From the NCBI GenBank assembly GCA_025201805.1, contig MU619314.1, positions 62,001 through 126,000 of the forward strand: 64,000 bases of DNA, written 5' to 3'. The position numbers and the translations under genes were made by a program. The notes beneath the pieces are model-generated. The model searched no databases. It saw only the letters and a program-made list of their open reading frames with translations, and was not told the DNA's origin. Below are positions 27,064-40,800 of the stretch, piece by piece; position 1 is the first letter of the stretch; every line of letters begins with the position of its first letter. The stretch is from Parasitella parasitica NRRL 2501 (Eukaryota; Fungi; Mucoromycota).

Positions 27064-29373
27064 TTCGTTCACGGTTGTAGTTGTGCGTTATTCTAATTTT
27101 GGCCTGTTATTCGTCGTGCTGAATGGCTTTAATATATGTTATGTATCAAGTGATGTGTTTTCTAGAAAACCAAGAAGAAAGGGAGAGGAAAAGGCGTACA
27201 ATCTCAAAATACACGGATATTCTATTAAGTAGGTTGGGCGGGGAGCAGAGATGTATGGTTAAACGTAAAGTGGACTAGTCACACGAGGTATTCTCTCATT
27301 TTCACTAGCAAACATGTTACACCACTTGTTACTATTGGTTCTGTTCATCATTTACAGAAGGTCTCTTTTTCCAAAATTCAGCTTCCAACCAACCCTGGCT
27401 GTATATTTTCTCATAAATATAGTTTTATAGCTGTCTATACAAGAAGCTTAAAAAGAAAATAGTATTCCGTTTCATAGAAACGAACGCCTGGACATGTAAA
27501 TGTATGCTATATTGTTTTATGCAGCTGTCATTTTTTTTTGTTTTTTTTTGTTTCACTATACATGCAAGGGGTCCCATTTATCAACGCATCATTATAATAA
27601 TTCATTTTACAAGTATTTTACTTCTTACCAATGTAAAGAGATTTAGGTACGACATGGCTGTACATATAAGGACATTTATCGATTACTAGCCGTTTATGTG
27701 CTGCTATATTTGAGGCATAGCACTATGAAATTCCATCGATCATGAAGATCTCTTGTGAAAAAAAAATCACACTATTAGTATATACTTTTTTTTTTTTCAT
27801 TCCGTTTTTCCATGATTGACCCAGTACACACATGGTATGATCCACATATATAGTGCCTATGTGAGATTATTTTTTGATCAAACCTATTATTTGTCACACC
27901 AATGTAGCTAATAGTGAAAACAATGTATCGTTTTGCATTCCTGTACCTAACAAGACAACGTAAACTTACCATTTATCAATGCATCTAGTTGTTACCAAGC
28001 CATTGTATTTGTATACCGTATCACAAACTTATCCTGATCCCAATTTTTTTTACGTTTATCAAAACCTTATATTTTCTTGCTTCTTCTTCAAGATTAAGAT
28101 TGCAACACGTGAGTTTTTTTTTTTTTTTTTTTTGCATAATATCAGCGCAGTAAGATATTAGGATTCCCAAATAACTTGACCACATATCATCGTTTAGCTT
28201 TTCTAGGGGTCATGTCTACTTATAACCATGAATATATCTTATGCTCATGAGTCACTTGAATTTATCTGGGATCACCGAGCATATCTTTCCTTTAGAGAGA
28301 TGTACTACACTAAAATACATATAAACAACATTCACAGCAGAGTTATTATAGTTATCCTTCTTCAACAGATTTTTTAATACTACTTGGGCTTATTCAATCT
28401 TTATAAAGTTTCACAATTGAAAATATACCTTAAAGCAAATATTCATTCACTCCACCTAGTTCATCAGGCAACCCTTAGAAATTATACCGTCGTAGACGTA
28501 TCATCAAACCAAGCGGATTTTTAAAAGACGTCGAGGACGACGAGTTTCAAGCGTTGTTACTCCTGTTTGTATAGTAGTGCTGGCATATATGAACAACATG
28601 GGAGTATTTTCAACATCGACCATTTCAAAATGTGGCATTAAGCTATGTGATGGGATTCAAAAATAGAGCATGCATATTGCTAGGATTGAAAATTATCAGG
28701 TTTAATGTGGCAGAGTCGCAAAAAGCCATTGTACTGCTTGACCATCTCTAACTACACCTTAGTCTTACGAGACATGGCAAGAAAATCGCCAATAATTGCC
28801 ATTATTACTTAAACACCAGATACTGAGTACGCCAAAATTGCTACTATCTCCTCCGTATTTTTTTTAGCGGAAATGCAACATGCCTTTCCAAAATAATCAA
28901 TAAAAATCACTGATTTTTGGTACTAATAATTTTTCATTAGTGATTGCAACAAGTCGGTCACTGTTGAAACGTGTATGGCTGGCTATACTGGCGATAATTC
29001 CAAATGGTTCAGTACAGATTTTGCTGGTGTTTGTGCCTGGTAGAATGTTCAATGATAACATTTGTGCGAATAGCACCACAAACCCCATTCATTCAGAAAA
29101 TGATTCTTTGCAAATGTAATAATCAAAACTAATAATGCCTGACACAAATTACTGACTGGCAACCTTTTACACATTAACAAAAGCATAGATCAAATTAGAA
29201 CTAAGGCCTCGAGAAAAAATCATTTTAATATTACAAATTATGCTTTTATAGTACATTAGCTTTGAACCGTTAGTCTTTATTATTGCCATCATATGATTTT
29301 GTACGTATGTTGGCACATTGTGAACATTGTTCAAGTTCAGTTAATGCAAATACAGTTCATAGATTTGATTGAA

Positions 29374-29937
29374 AGATAAAGATAATACTTCTAAGTAAAC
29401 ATGTATATCACCCATTATCTCAATTGATATGAAATTCTCAATTAATATATTATCTATCAGTATATATAGTGGTTGTGTTTGTTACCATTTTTGGCTACAA
29501 ACAAAAGTAAGCATGTCCTGTCTGATAAGGCACTCATAAAACGCATTACTTTTGGTGTAACATGTTTTGACTTTTTAGGTGCAAAGATAGGGTATCTGCT
29601 AGTTTTTATTTCTTTTCAAGCCATAGAGATAAACGTAAAGAATGATTTAAATTCTAATTCTACAATAAAAATTACCTGAATTTCATATGTATACACTAAT
29701 TGAGCAGGAATCTATTTGTTTAATTTCTGAGCAGTGCGAATGGATGGCACGTTTGATAGTAATTTCCCTGATTTTATCAGCATTTTTACTTTATCAGGAA
29801 TAAATGGTTCTTAATGCTGTAGATAATTTGAATCCCCCCATCCTTGCTATCATATCATATAATCCAACATTTTTTTGAAAGATAAAAGGAAATAACCATG
29901 TCAATCGTCTTCTCCTCGATATTTGTTTCGTCTATCT
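29374..29937 (+). promoter_or_regulatory. GATA-site array upstream of nitrate reductase (AreA/Nit2-type nitrogen regulation)
   Basis: Hand count of about 15 HGATAR hexamers on both strands in about 565 bp, several in close pairs (AGATAAAGATAA, TTATCTATCA). Confidence 0.75.
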
Positions 29938-29977
29938 CGTTCTTCAAACAAAACCTTGTTATAGTATTAAAGTATAA

Positions 29978-32746
29978 ATGGCACCCAATGTTGAACTATT
30001 ACAGCAGAAACAGAACGCTGATCTTTATCATCCCCCAACTGGATTGATTGATGCAAGAGATGTAGGAACTCCAGACGCACATGTATCGAGAGACTCGAAT
30101 ATCACTAGATTAACCGGGAAACATCCACTCAATGCTGGTATATATGCTGCAGAAGTTTGATCATTTCAGCTCTGACCTTAGCACCTGTGTAATGTATAGA
30201 AACTCCAATTCCGCTGCTTATGGACCACGGTTTTATTACACCCAACAGGTTACACATTGTAAGGAATCATGGGCCTGTTCCTCAAAACCAATGGGATTCA
30301 CACACCATCACCGTTGGCGGTTTTGTCAAAAAGCCAACTGTAATTACCATGGAAGACTTACTTGAACTGTCTTCTCATACTATTGCTGTCACTCTCTGTT
30401 GTGCTGGGAATAGACGTAAAGAACAAAACATGATTAGACCAAGCATCGGCTTCTCTTGGGGCCCTGGAGGTGCGATACTAGTTTGAATAGTGTGATATGT
30501 CTAGTATGTTAAATATACTCTTATCCCAATGTAAAGGCGTAGGGACTGCATATTATACTGGTGTATTCCTTCGAGATGTTATCAATACATTTGCTGGTGG
30601 ATTAGAGCCCGAGGCTCTTCATATCTGTATGGAGGGAAATGATAAGACAGCCAAGGTGTGTAAAAACAATACAATTTAGTATGCATACTAACCAAAGAAG
30701 AAAATGTAGGGCGGCTATGGCACTTCTATATCTGTGAAGCGGGCCATGTCTCCTGAATATGACGTTCTAATCGCCTACAAGATGAATGGAGAGCCCCTTC
30801 CTTATGATCATGGTTATCCCGTTAGATGTATTGTTCCCGGTTGCATTGGTGGCCGTAGTGTCAAATGGCTCTCCAAAATTGAAGCTTCTACCAATGTATC
30901 TCAAAATCCATTTCAAAATGCTGATAACAAGGTATTTCCCCCTACTGTCTTGTCTGCAGACCAAGCAACAGCAGAAAATTGGTGGACTAATCCAGACTAC
31001 TCTGTCTATGATTTAAATGTAAACGGCGTTATTGCTGCTCCCTACCACGGTACCAGAATTGCTCTGGACAGTCTTGACAAGAAAATCACATTAAACGGAT
31101 TTGCGTACGGTGGGAGCAATAGTAAAATTATTCGCTGCGAAATCACTTTAGATGACGGTAAAACCTGGCGACTTGCTGAGATCAACGATCGAAAATCCGA
31201 AGGCGACCGTTATGCCACTGAGCATTACGGCTATGATCGAAGCAAACTGCCCGAATCTTATAATCAAACACGTTACTGGACATGGATTCACTGGTCTTTG
31301 GGAATTCATGCTGTTGATTTACTCGGTGTTCAAGAAATCTGCCTTCGTTGCTGGAATGACACAAACAGCTGCATGCCAAAAGATCTAAACTGGTCCCTTA
31401 TGGGGATGCTTAATAACTGCTGGTATCGTATCAAGCTGCACCTTGACCGTGAACCTGCCCTATCCTTTGTTTTCCAACATCCAACTACATTGCCTGGTGA
31501 TACAACGCAACTTGGAAATGATCTCCCTGGCTGGATGGAAGAGAACCAAGCTGAGGCAACTTCATCCAAAGAAAAGGAGCCTAGAACTGGCTCCAAACAT
31601 GAGGAGCTCAAGACTTTAACTTTACAACAAGTTGAAAAACACACTTCTGAGGGTGATTGCTGGTTAATCTACGATGACTTGGTCTACGATTGTACGGCTT
31701 TTTTGCAAAAACATCCAGGAGGCTCCTCGAGCATTCTTCTTGCTGCTGGTACTGATTGCACAGAAGAATTCGATGCCATCCACTCACAGAAGGCCAAAGA
31801 TATGCTTGCTGAATACCTGGTAGGAAAACTGAGTGTTCATAAGCAAAACTCTCTTCCTCCTACTCCCCTTGCTGAATCCCAAACTGAATCTGCCACACAC
31901 CCTGCAGCGCCTTCATCAAGTGTGGTAATGCCTTATTTTAACCCTCGCCAATGGAAGAAACTAGTGCTCCTAAAGAAAGAATGCATTTCTGCGACCATTA
32001 GAAAATTCACATTTGAAATTCCTGCTGACGATAATCTGCTAGACCATGTTTTGTCGCTCCCTACAGGACTACATCTTTATATCAAGCTCCCAGAAGACAT
32101 CAACGATATAACTGCCAAACCCAAAATGGTGATTCGAGCATATACACCCAGCAAAGTTAATACCAGAACTATTGAATTTGTTATCAAGATCTATTTTCCT
32201 TTCAATAGTGTCCCAGGAGGCAAACTGACCACGACACTGGATCAAATCCGTATCGGTGAATCTGTGGATTTCAAGGGACCCATTGGCGAAATTGAATATC
32301 TTGGAAATGGAGATTTCAGTATCAATAACAAGCTTTATCATGGCATTGAACAAATTGGTATGATTGCCGGTGGTACTGGAATTACACCCATGTGGCAATT
32401 GATACAAGCATCTGTCAAAGATGTGAAACGGCCCTACATCTCACTTATTTACTGTGCTCAGTCCATAGATGAAATCATATTCTATCAAGAACTGAAGCAA
32501 CTGGAAGGCGATCAACTACGAGTAAGACTTGTTCTTTCAAAAGTACCGGATGATGGCTCCTGGGCTGGTGGCTCTGGGCGTCTCCAAATGGAAGAACTGC
32601 AAGCAAATTTGTTTCCATTTCCTGCTAGCATATCAAGACTAACCTTCTTGTGTGGCCCTGAGCCCATGATTAGACTTTGCTGTTTGCCTCTGCTGAAAGA
32701 AGCTTACGGCCAAGACTTTTGTGCAAACAACGTATTTACGTTTTAA
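29978..32746 (+). CDS. niaD: Assimilatory NAD(P)H nitrate reductase (Moco, dimerisation, cytochrome b5, FAD and NAD(P)H domains)
   Basis: RLTGKHPLNAE, VRNHGPVP, Moco Cys CAGNRRKEQN, DHGYPVR, GGRSVKWL, WSLMGMLNNCWY, b5 HPGG and FDAIHS, RAYTP, AGGTGITP, CGP. Three introns. Confidence 0.97.
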
Positions 32747-32789
32747 TACCAGTGAATCACACCCAACTTTTTTTTTTTTGGATTGTTTG

Positions 32790-33028
32790 TTATCGTATAT
32801 GGTAATTTGGTGTCACAGACAATAAGGTTATCTCGGTATCTTTCGCTTTTCTCCAGGAAATGAGTTTATCAGCTATCTTTTTCGTTAATTCATGATAAAA
32901 AAAATGTGGCATAAAATGCATAAATAAATATGATTGTATCACGCAAGATAAGTTTGGTTATCTTTGACAAACAAATCTATACAAATGTCAGGCAGGGACA
33001 ACAAATGCTAAATTACGCTACCGATATC
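32790..33028 (+). promoter_or_regulatory. GATA-site array in the niaD-niiA intergenic region
   Basis: About 10 GATA/TATC cores, 7 of them HGATAR, in about 240 bp. TATAAA at about 33063. Confidence 0.75.
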
Positions 33029-33132
33029 AAAGACAACGAGAAATCACACCACATTTTCGGCTTATAAATTGACGCTGATCCACCTCTACCCTTTCCCGCA
33101 TTACTTTCTTTCTATTTCTTCTAAATATAATC

Positions 33133-36100
33133 ATGCCTCCAAACACAATTGAAACATCACCCTCCTCTGCAGCCCAAAAAACCATTGTTATTGTGGGTCT
33201 GGGCATGGCTGCTGTTGCATTCATGGAGAAAATGATTGCTTACGATGCCGAAAAGGAGTTTCGCCTCAAAGTGTTTGGCGATGAGCCTGAATGTAAGTTT
33301 TTTTCTTTCCATGTTCAGTAAAAATTCAATTACAAAAGCTAAAACGTTCAATAGTGGCATACAATCGTGTAGGCTTAACTCAGTACTTTACACATCAAGA
33401 CCCTGAAAAGCAGCTGATGAAGCCCGAATCATGGTACCAAGAAAACCAGATTGAAGTACACATTGGTGATTTAGTTGAAGAAATAGACACTAAAAACAAA
33501 ATGGTCAGAGCAAGACATGCTTCGTGGGTTTCTTACGATATTTGTGTCATTGCTACTGGCTCTTCTGCTGCTGTGCCTCCTAATGCTCCCAGTGACATGG
33601 ACGGTGTATTTTGCTACCGTACCATTGAAGACCTTGACAACATCATCGATTGGGCCTCCAAGGAAGATGTTAAAACGGCTACTATCGTCGGTGGTGGTTT
33701 GTTAGGCCTCGAAGCTGCCAAGGCCGCTCTGGATTTGGACCTGAAAGTCTCAATTTTCGAAAGAGCCGATCGTCTGATGTGTCGACAATTGGATCAAGAT
33801 GCCTCTGATCTTTTGGAGTCGCAAATCAATAAACTAGGTATTATTACAAACGTTGGCTATTGTCCTGATCAAGTCGTTGGTGGTGCTGTGGACCCTGACA
33901 CAAATAGAGCTCGCATTCAGGGTCTCAAAATGAGTACCGATCCCAGCGAAGATAGCTTTGTCTCTACTGATATGCTGATATATTCCATTGGTATCAGACC
34001 CCGTGATCAGCTCTGTGCTGCCTCTAAAGGGACCCTTTGCTTGGGTCCCCGTGGTGGTATTCAAGTCGATGAGCGCATGGCTACTTCTGCGCCCGACATA
34101 TACGCTATTGGTGAATGCGCTGCGTTTAATGGCATGTGCTATGGCCTAGTTGCTCCTTGCAATGATATGGCCAAAATTGTTGCTAAAAACCTAACTGGAC
34201 AAAAAACTAACAATACGGCTGTCTTCAAGGGCAATGACATGTCCACGAAACTGAAACTGATGGGCGTTTATGTTGCTAGCTTTGGTAACGTCTTTCCGGA
34301 AGAGTCACTCAACACACGGTCTCTCACCTATCGAGATCCTTTCAAGAGCGTTTACAAAAAGTATATTTTCACTCAAGATGGCAAGAAACTTCTGGGCGGC
34401 ATTATGGTGGGAGATACCAACGATTATGTTAAACTTTTGGCGTATGCACGCAGTGGTAAAACATTAGATCGTGAACCTTCTGAACTCATCTTGGGAGTCC
34501 AAAATGGTGAAGCTGAAGGTGCAGACTCTCTCCCTGATGATACACAGATTTGCTCTTGCTTTAATATTGCCAAGGGTGACATTCGAAAGGCTATTCGTGA
34601 AGAAGGCCTTACTACTGTCGACCAAGTAAAGGCTTTTACCAAGGCTGGTACTGGATGCGGTGGCTGTGTTCCCTCTATTACCGAAATCTTTGAAGCTGAA
34701 ATGAAGGCACTGGGCAAAACTATTACCAATACTGTGTGTCGTGATTTCAACTACTCTCGTGCCGAATTGTTTACTATTGTCAAGGTCAAAGGCCTACGTT
34801 CCTATGGTGACATTGTTGAGCACTGTGCTATTGATAAGAATACTCTGGGATGTGAAGTTTGTAAGCCCACATGTGCCTCTATTCTTGCTTCCATTTACAA
34901 TGAAAACGTTTTGGATGCTGGCCGTGGTGCTCTTCAAGAAACAAACGATCGCTATTTGGCTAATATTCAACGTGGTGGCCTCTATAGTGTTGTTCCTCGC
35001 ATTGCAGCTGGTGAAATTACTCCTGACAACCTTGCTCTTATTGCGAAAGTTGCGAAACAATACAACTTGTATACCAAAATCACAGGTGCTCAACGCATTG
35101 ATATCTTTGGTGCTCGCAAAGAAGATCTTCCAGACATTTGGGAAGTCTTTGTTGATGCCGGCATGGAAAGGTAAGTTTGCAATATGATCACTAATCTCTT
35201 CAGTCCATAATACTTACATAATATAGTGGCCAAGCTTACGGTAAGGCACTGCGTGCTGTCAAATCTTGTGTTGGTTCAACGTGGTGCCGTTTTGGCCAGC
35301 AAGACTCTGTAGGCTGTGCTATCAAGCTTGAAAATCGCTACAAGGGCATTCGCTCTCCTCATAAATTAAAAGGTGGTGTATCCGGTTGCATACGCGAATG
35401 TTCTGAAGCTCAAGGCAAAGATTTTGGTCTTATTGCTACTGAGCAAGGCTACAATGTATACGTTGGTGGTAATGGTGGTACCAAGCCTCGCCATGCTGAC
35501 CTTTTGATCTCTAGTGTCTCTGAAAAAGATGCTTTCAAGTATATTGACAGATTCCTTATGTATTACATTAGAACAGCCGACAAGCTGCAGCGTACTGCTC
35601 GTTGGATAGAAAAACTTCCTGGTGGTATTGATTACCTACGTAAAGTAATCATCGATGACTATCTTGGAATTTGTGAAGAGCTTGATAAGCAAATGGGGCA
35701 ATTGGTCGATACTTATGAAGACGAGTGGGCCCGCATTGTCAAGACTCCTGTCCTAAGAAAACGTTTCGAGGAATTTGTCAATGCCGATAACAATGGCGCA
35801 AAAGAGCCCATGATTGAGATGATCGAAGAAAGAGGCCAATTAAGACCAGTCAACTGGCCAAAACACGTCGATGCCATGCCTTCTCTTGAGGAACAAGTCA
35901 AAACCAAATCCGCCACTCTAGACTGGGTACATGTTGGTTCTACTAATCTGTATCCCCAAGACGAAGGACGCGTTGTAAAAATGGGTAATGTTCAAATTTC
36001 AGTATTTCAGACTTCAAAGGGTGTTTTCTATGCCACTCAAAATATGTGTCCTGTAAAGAGAGATCTTGTTTTGTCGTCTGGTATTATCGGTGAGTTGAAA

Positions 36101-36415
36101 ACGACCACTGATAATGGCCAAGAAAATGTCTCTGTCTATGTGTCTTGCCCTATCCATAAAAAAAACTTTGATCTCAAGACCGGTAAATGCTTGAACGGTG
36201 ATGCCCATTCAATCAGCACATTTAATGTCAAGGTGAAAAACACCCAAGTTTATTTACTACTGCCATCAATCAACATATTGAATGATGTCCTCAGTACTGA
36301 AAAGTACATTATCAAAAAATCTATGGCTCAATCAACACCTATTATTACATCTACTATGGTTAATAAGCTGACAACATTTACTAATGATGGAGGAAAAGAT
36401 TCGATGGATTGGTAG
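33133..36415 (+). CDS. niiA: Assimilatory NAD(P)H nitrite reductase (FAD/NAD, BFD-like [2Fe-2S], siroheme-[4Fe-4S], fused Rieske-like domain)
   Basis: VGLGM, AYNRVGL, IVGGGLLGLEAA, YAIGECA, TKLKLMGV, CSC..KAGTGCGGC, ETNDRYLANIQR, KITGAQRID, KSCVGSTWC, SGCIREC, SCPIHK. Introns at 33293-33354 and 35171-35226. Confidence 0.97.
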
Positions 36416-37809
36416 TTGTGCATTTTTATGTGTTCTCTAATGCAATGATTGATTATCAAACACCCGTATATAGATTAGAGTCGCTTCATTACTTTCTAAT
36501 ATTAATTTCTGACAATAAAATCATATAAATTTAACGCTATGTAGAGCATGTATAAACGCTGCATTGACATACCTTAAAAATACTGTAAGAAATAGATCCT
36601 GAGAGCCTGGAAATAATAACAAAAGATCAAACCCTGACAAAAGTAATTAGCAAAGGCTAAAAAGCCTAGCTTTCGTATATATCACTTTCATTTGGCGGTG
36701 CTCAAAAGGAAGAAGATATCATAATAGCTACAATGCAATCTAAATTTACTCTACAGATTGGTACAGGCATCATTGTAATGAAGAATTTGATATACTTTGC
36801 CATGATAAGGATAATAAGGTTTGAATATTTATGGAGGCAAACGCTAGCTGCGACATGTTTAGAAATGAATGCACTAAAGTGCATTGTTATATTGAAGAAG
36901 AAAGAATATATGTAATAGCGCTATGTCAGCGCCGATTTTACAATTCTTTTAGCAGAAAGTTATCACCACAATCTGTTATTTAATCTTTTTGAACATAATT
37001 TTTGATAGACACATCGCCCAGTAGAAACAATTAGCATATGAAGATAATGCCTTCATTCAAATAATGTTATTAGAGTACTACTGCTTGTATTATGCTTTAA
37101 CTTTAATTAGGTTTATACTTACATTTCGAAAATATCATGCTAATTTCTATAAATTTATGCCCGTTAAAAAAATATTATGCTAATAACAATAATGACATAT
37201 AAAACCAAGGATAAAGTGCTTTGTTTAGTTTTTTCAATTCCTGTTTTTCGAGAAGTCGACGTTAAGCCAAGCACATACCATTTTTAGAAACTACAGAAAA
37301 TTACAAGTAAAATATGTGCGTATGAAGCAAAGCACGAAATAAATGATCATTTATTTTTTATTTTAAACAAAAGCTCTTTGGCATAAAATTCAAGACGTTA
37401 TTTTATATGTTGAAGCAAGTATAAAAATGCTGCGATATACAACAATTTATTATGTAGCGAATACTTGAAATAACTTTAGTCTATCAGTATTTGTCAGGTC
37501 TTATGGGTATGTCAGGATGTTCATTCATTAAAAATCGACCCTGCAAGTTAATGATCGATAAAACTGCAAGACTGAGATAACTCATATTTTCACTTATTTA
37601 CAATAAGCATAAACGTGCTAATCAGAAATGAATTTCTATTATCAACGCAAAAGCTGTTCAACAACGAAAACGTATTACAAGCAGGATCTCTTCTCAAGAT
37701 GTGGACAAACGTTGTCATCTGAACTTCAATGAAAGATCCAATTCGAAACGCCATACTTTTTTATTTCTTTTTCTTTTCTTCCCCTTTGTCTTGAAACACA
37801 ACACTAAAG

Positions 37810-40800
37810 ATGGTCTTCAACATGATCAGCTTTAGGTCTGTCAGTATTCTATTATTTTTGATATTTACTACTACATACTCAACATTTGGATGGAATAAAA
37901 ACTACTTTATCTTGGCCATTTCACTTCCCGTGGCTAGTCTTTGTTCACTGTTGATATTAAACACTGCAGTATTATACATCTACATTAAATACTTCGTTTC
38001 CCCACAAGTACACAAGCGAAAGCTTGATAATAACTTTAAATCATTACGAATAACACATAAAAACATATGGCCGCAAATCACTAAAATGCGGCAACAAGAG
38101 AATACATGCAACGGTAAACCAATAGCAGATGATGAAGACATAAATAATGCATTCAACACCCTCTTAAGATACGTAATACGAGACTTTATTCAATCTTGGT
38201 ATGTTAAAATCACAAATTCGCCAACGGAACAGTCTTTCCCCTTTGCTGTTGATGGCATTATACGCTCTGCAGCCGCCAAACTATCGCAGCGATTAGAGCA
38301 AACGGATCTATTACTCGTCATCCTCAACAAGATAATTCCTCGTATGACATCTCACATTTCCGAGTTCCGAGCAGCAGAGGTTTCTTTGCTTGGTAAATCC
38401 TTGGAACGCTCTGTGACCCAGTCAGACGAATTGGATTTACTATTGGCTTCACGGTTTAGATCGGGTAAGCTTCACAAGGCCTTGACAACAGCTGCAATGA
38501 CAACAAAGCCAACTGAAATTGCCTATCTACGCCATATGATCGAACGTGTGTTACCGTACATGATTGACCACAAGGAATTACAAAGCGGACCTGTGAGAGT
38601 AGTTATTCGAGAAATTGTCTCCAATTCAGTTTTGCAACCGGTAATGGACATGCTGGCAGATCCTGATTTCTGGAATCAAAATATTGATGCTTATGTAAGT
38701 TTACAAATAACCCCTCGTCTCCTCTCAGAGCGCTAAAAATCAACGTGAAAGAATATAGTTAGGAAAGGCAATTATTGAGCAGAAAATGGTGCGCCAATTG
38801 CGCGAGGTGATTCGTCAACATTCAACTCATAACGATATGGACACCGAAGATGTTATGAATGTGTTGTATACTGCAGACAGACCGGAAAAGAAGAGAAAGA
38901 AAAAATCGGGAGAAAAGAGAAAAATAGGGCCACAATCACAGCTCTTGTCAGCTTTCATGAGGACAGGTGTTTCTACAAATGACTGGAACAAAGACAATGA
39001 TTATAACGACCATTTCCAGAAAGAAGATGATGATGAAGAAGAAAACGACGACGAGGAAGCTGAAGAAGATGAATATGGAGAGCAAGGAGTGATGTATGAC
39101 GATTATTCTAGTAATCGAGATGGCTTTATATCTTCGAGCAATCGAATTTTCAAAGCTGCGTACGATCCTAGTTCCCCTACAAAGCTGTTGAAGAAAAAAC
39201 AATACGGTATCGGCAGTATAAAGATGGGGAAACGCACTTTCCAAGACTTTCTCAAAATGATTCAAGAAGAAAAGAATCTGCTAGATTTGAAGCGGGTTAG
39301 GAATGACATTGTAACTCAAATTCGAAAAAAGAAAGCTCATATTGGTATTTGCATATCACCGTTTGGTTGTGTTAGGCAAACTGACATTTTGTATAGCCGA
39401 TCGAGATCCTGAAGAAATTGTAGATGGTGAAAAAGTCCAAGACATTATCGTATACCTGAATCGCCTTGGAGTCGCCAAAAAACGAGTGGATAAGCGTATA
39501 TCTACATTATCTGGAGAACAATTTGACTTTGTAAAATGTTTGGCCATTACTTTCTCCTTATACTGTATTAACGTTCTGTCAATTGTAGAGGAAATCAACT
39601 TCGCAGTTATTCAATTATCGAAAACAGAGCATGAGCCATATCAATGGAGTTGGATATAGTTTAAGCGAGATTTTGATAAATACGTCTGGCTTGTCGTATT
39701 TTATGGAATTTATGGATCGTAGAGGAGACATGGTTAAACTTCAATTTTGGCTCATAGTAGAAGGATTCAAAAGCACAGCCATCACAAACAACGAAGAAAG
39801 AAAGACGTTTTTACAGGATGTGAAAATGGTTTATGAAATGTATTTCACAGAAACTGCGCCTCATAGACTTCATATTGCCGAACAATTCAACAAGGATTTG
39901 AAGAATGCGATTGATCTATCAATCGAGAAAGAGAAGGAAGACCAAGAATCATTTGCAGCACAAATTCGCGAGCTGAATGTACGCTTAAACCGTATCCAGC
40001 AACATGTGTTTTGGGAAATTGAGAAAGAGCACTATCCTTACTTCAAGAGATCAGATTTATATTTCAAATTCTTGGCCTCAGCGCCACCTATACAAAATAC
40101 TGCAATCCCAGAAGAAGCGCCTGGTAGAAGGAGTTTTGATGAAAGCGCTTTATACACATCGAATATCAATCAATCTATTCACAGCAACAGACCTGCGTCA
40201 ATCCATGAATCATCATCATCAACTTCCATTCCTGTAATTCCAACCCCAACGATATCTACGCCTTTGAAGGAGTCGTTTTCTTATTTCAGCTCAGAAACGG
40301 CCAAAGCCCCAGAGTTTAGCGGTAGAGCAAGAGGCCATCAGCGTGCAATGTCTGATTCTACGAAATCTTCTCGGTTTTTGTCCTTTTCCAATATGTTTCA
40401 GTCAAATCGTCTCTGGAGTAATAATGACACAGCTAGCAATCTTGGTAAATCAGTAAAGGCACCGGAGGAAACCGAGGAAACCGAGGAAGAGGAGGAAGAG
40501 GAGGAAGAAGAAGACGATCAATCTTTAAAGGGCTCTAATATGGCGAGACTTGTTAAAAGTAACACAGTAGATGCAGTAGAAGCAGAACTTCGTTCAATAT
40601 TGGATGGGAGTAATAACATGGATGATTTGGTCATGACAGGAGGTGAAACAACTCAAACACCATCGCCACCACCATCACCGCCAGCAGCTAAAAAACCAGT
40701 ATCATTACCGTTAAATGTATTAGATAATACTTCACCATCACTGGCGCCGCCTGTTGTAATGAAATCTTTATCCGCTTCTGCTCTTCTATTGTGTGGAACA

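Noticed and set aside
27100-29370. Possible decayed nitrate transporter or other pseudogene upstream of niaD (for example ORF 28897-29088)
   Set aside because: No NRT2/MFS motifs or runs of TM segments recognised in the frames I examined; a sensitive translated search would settle it.
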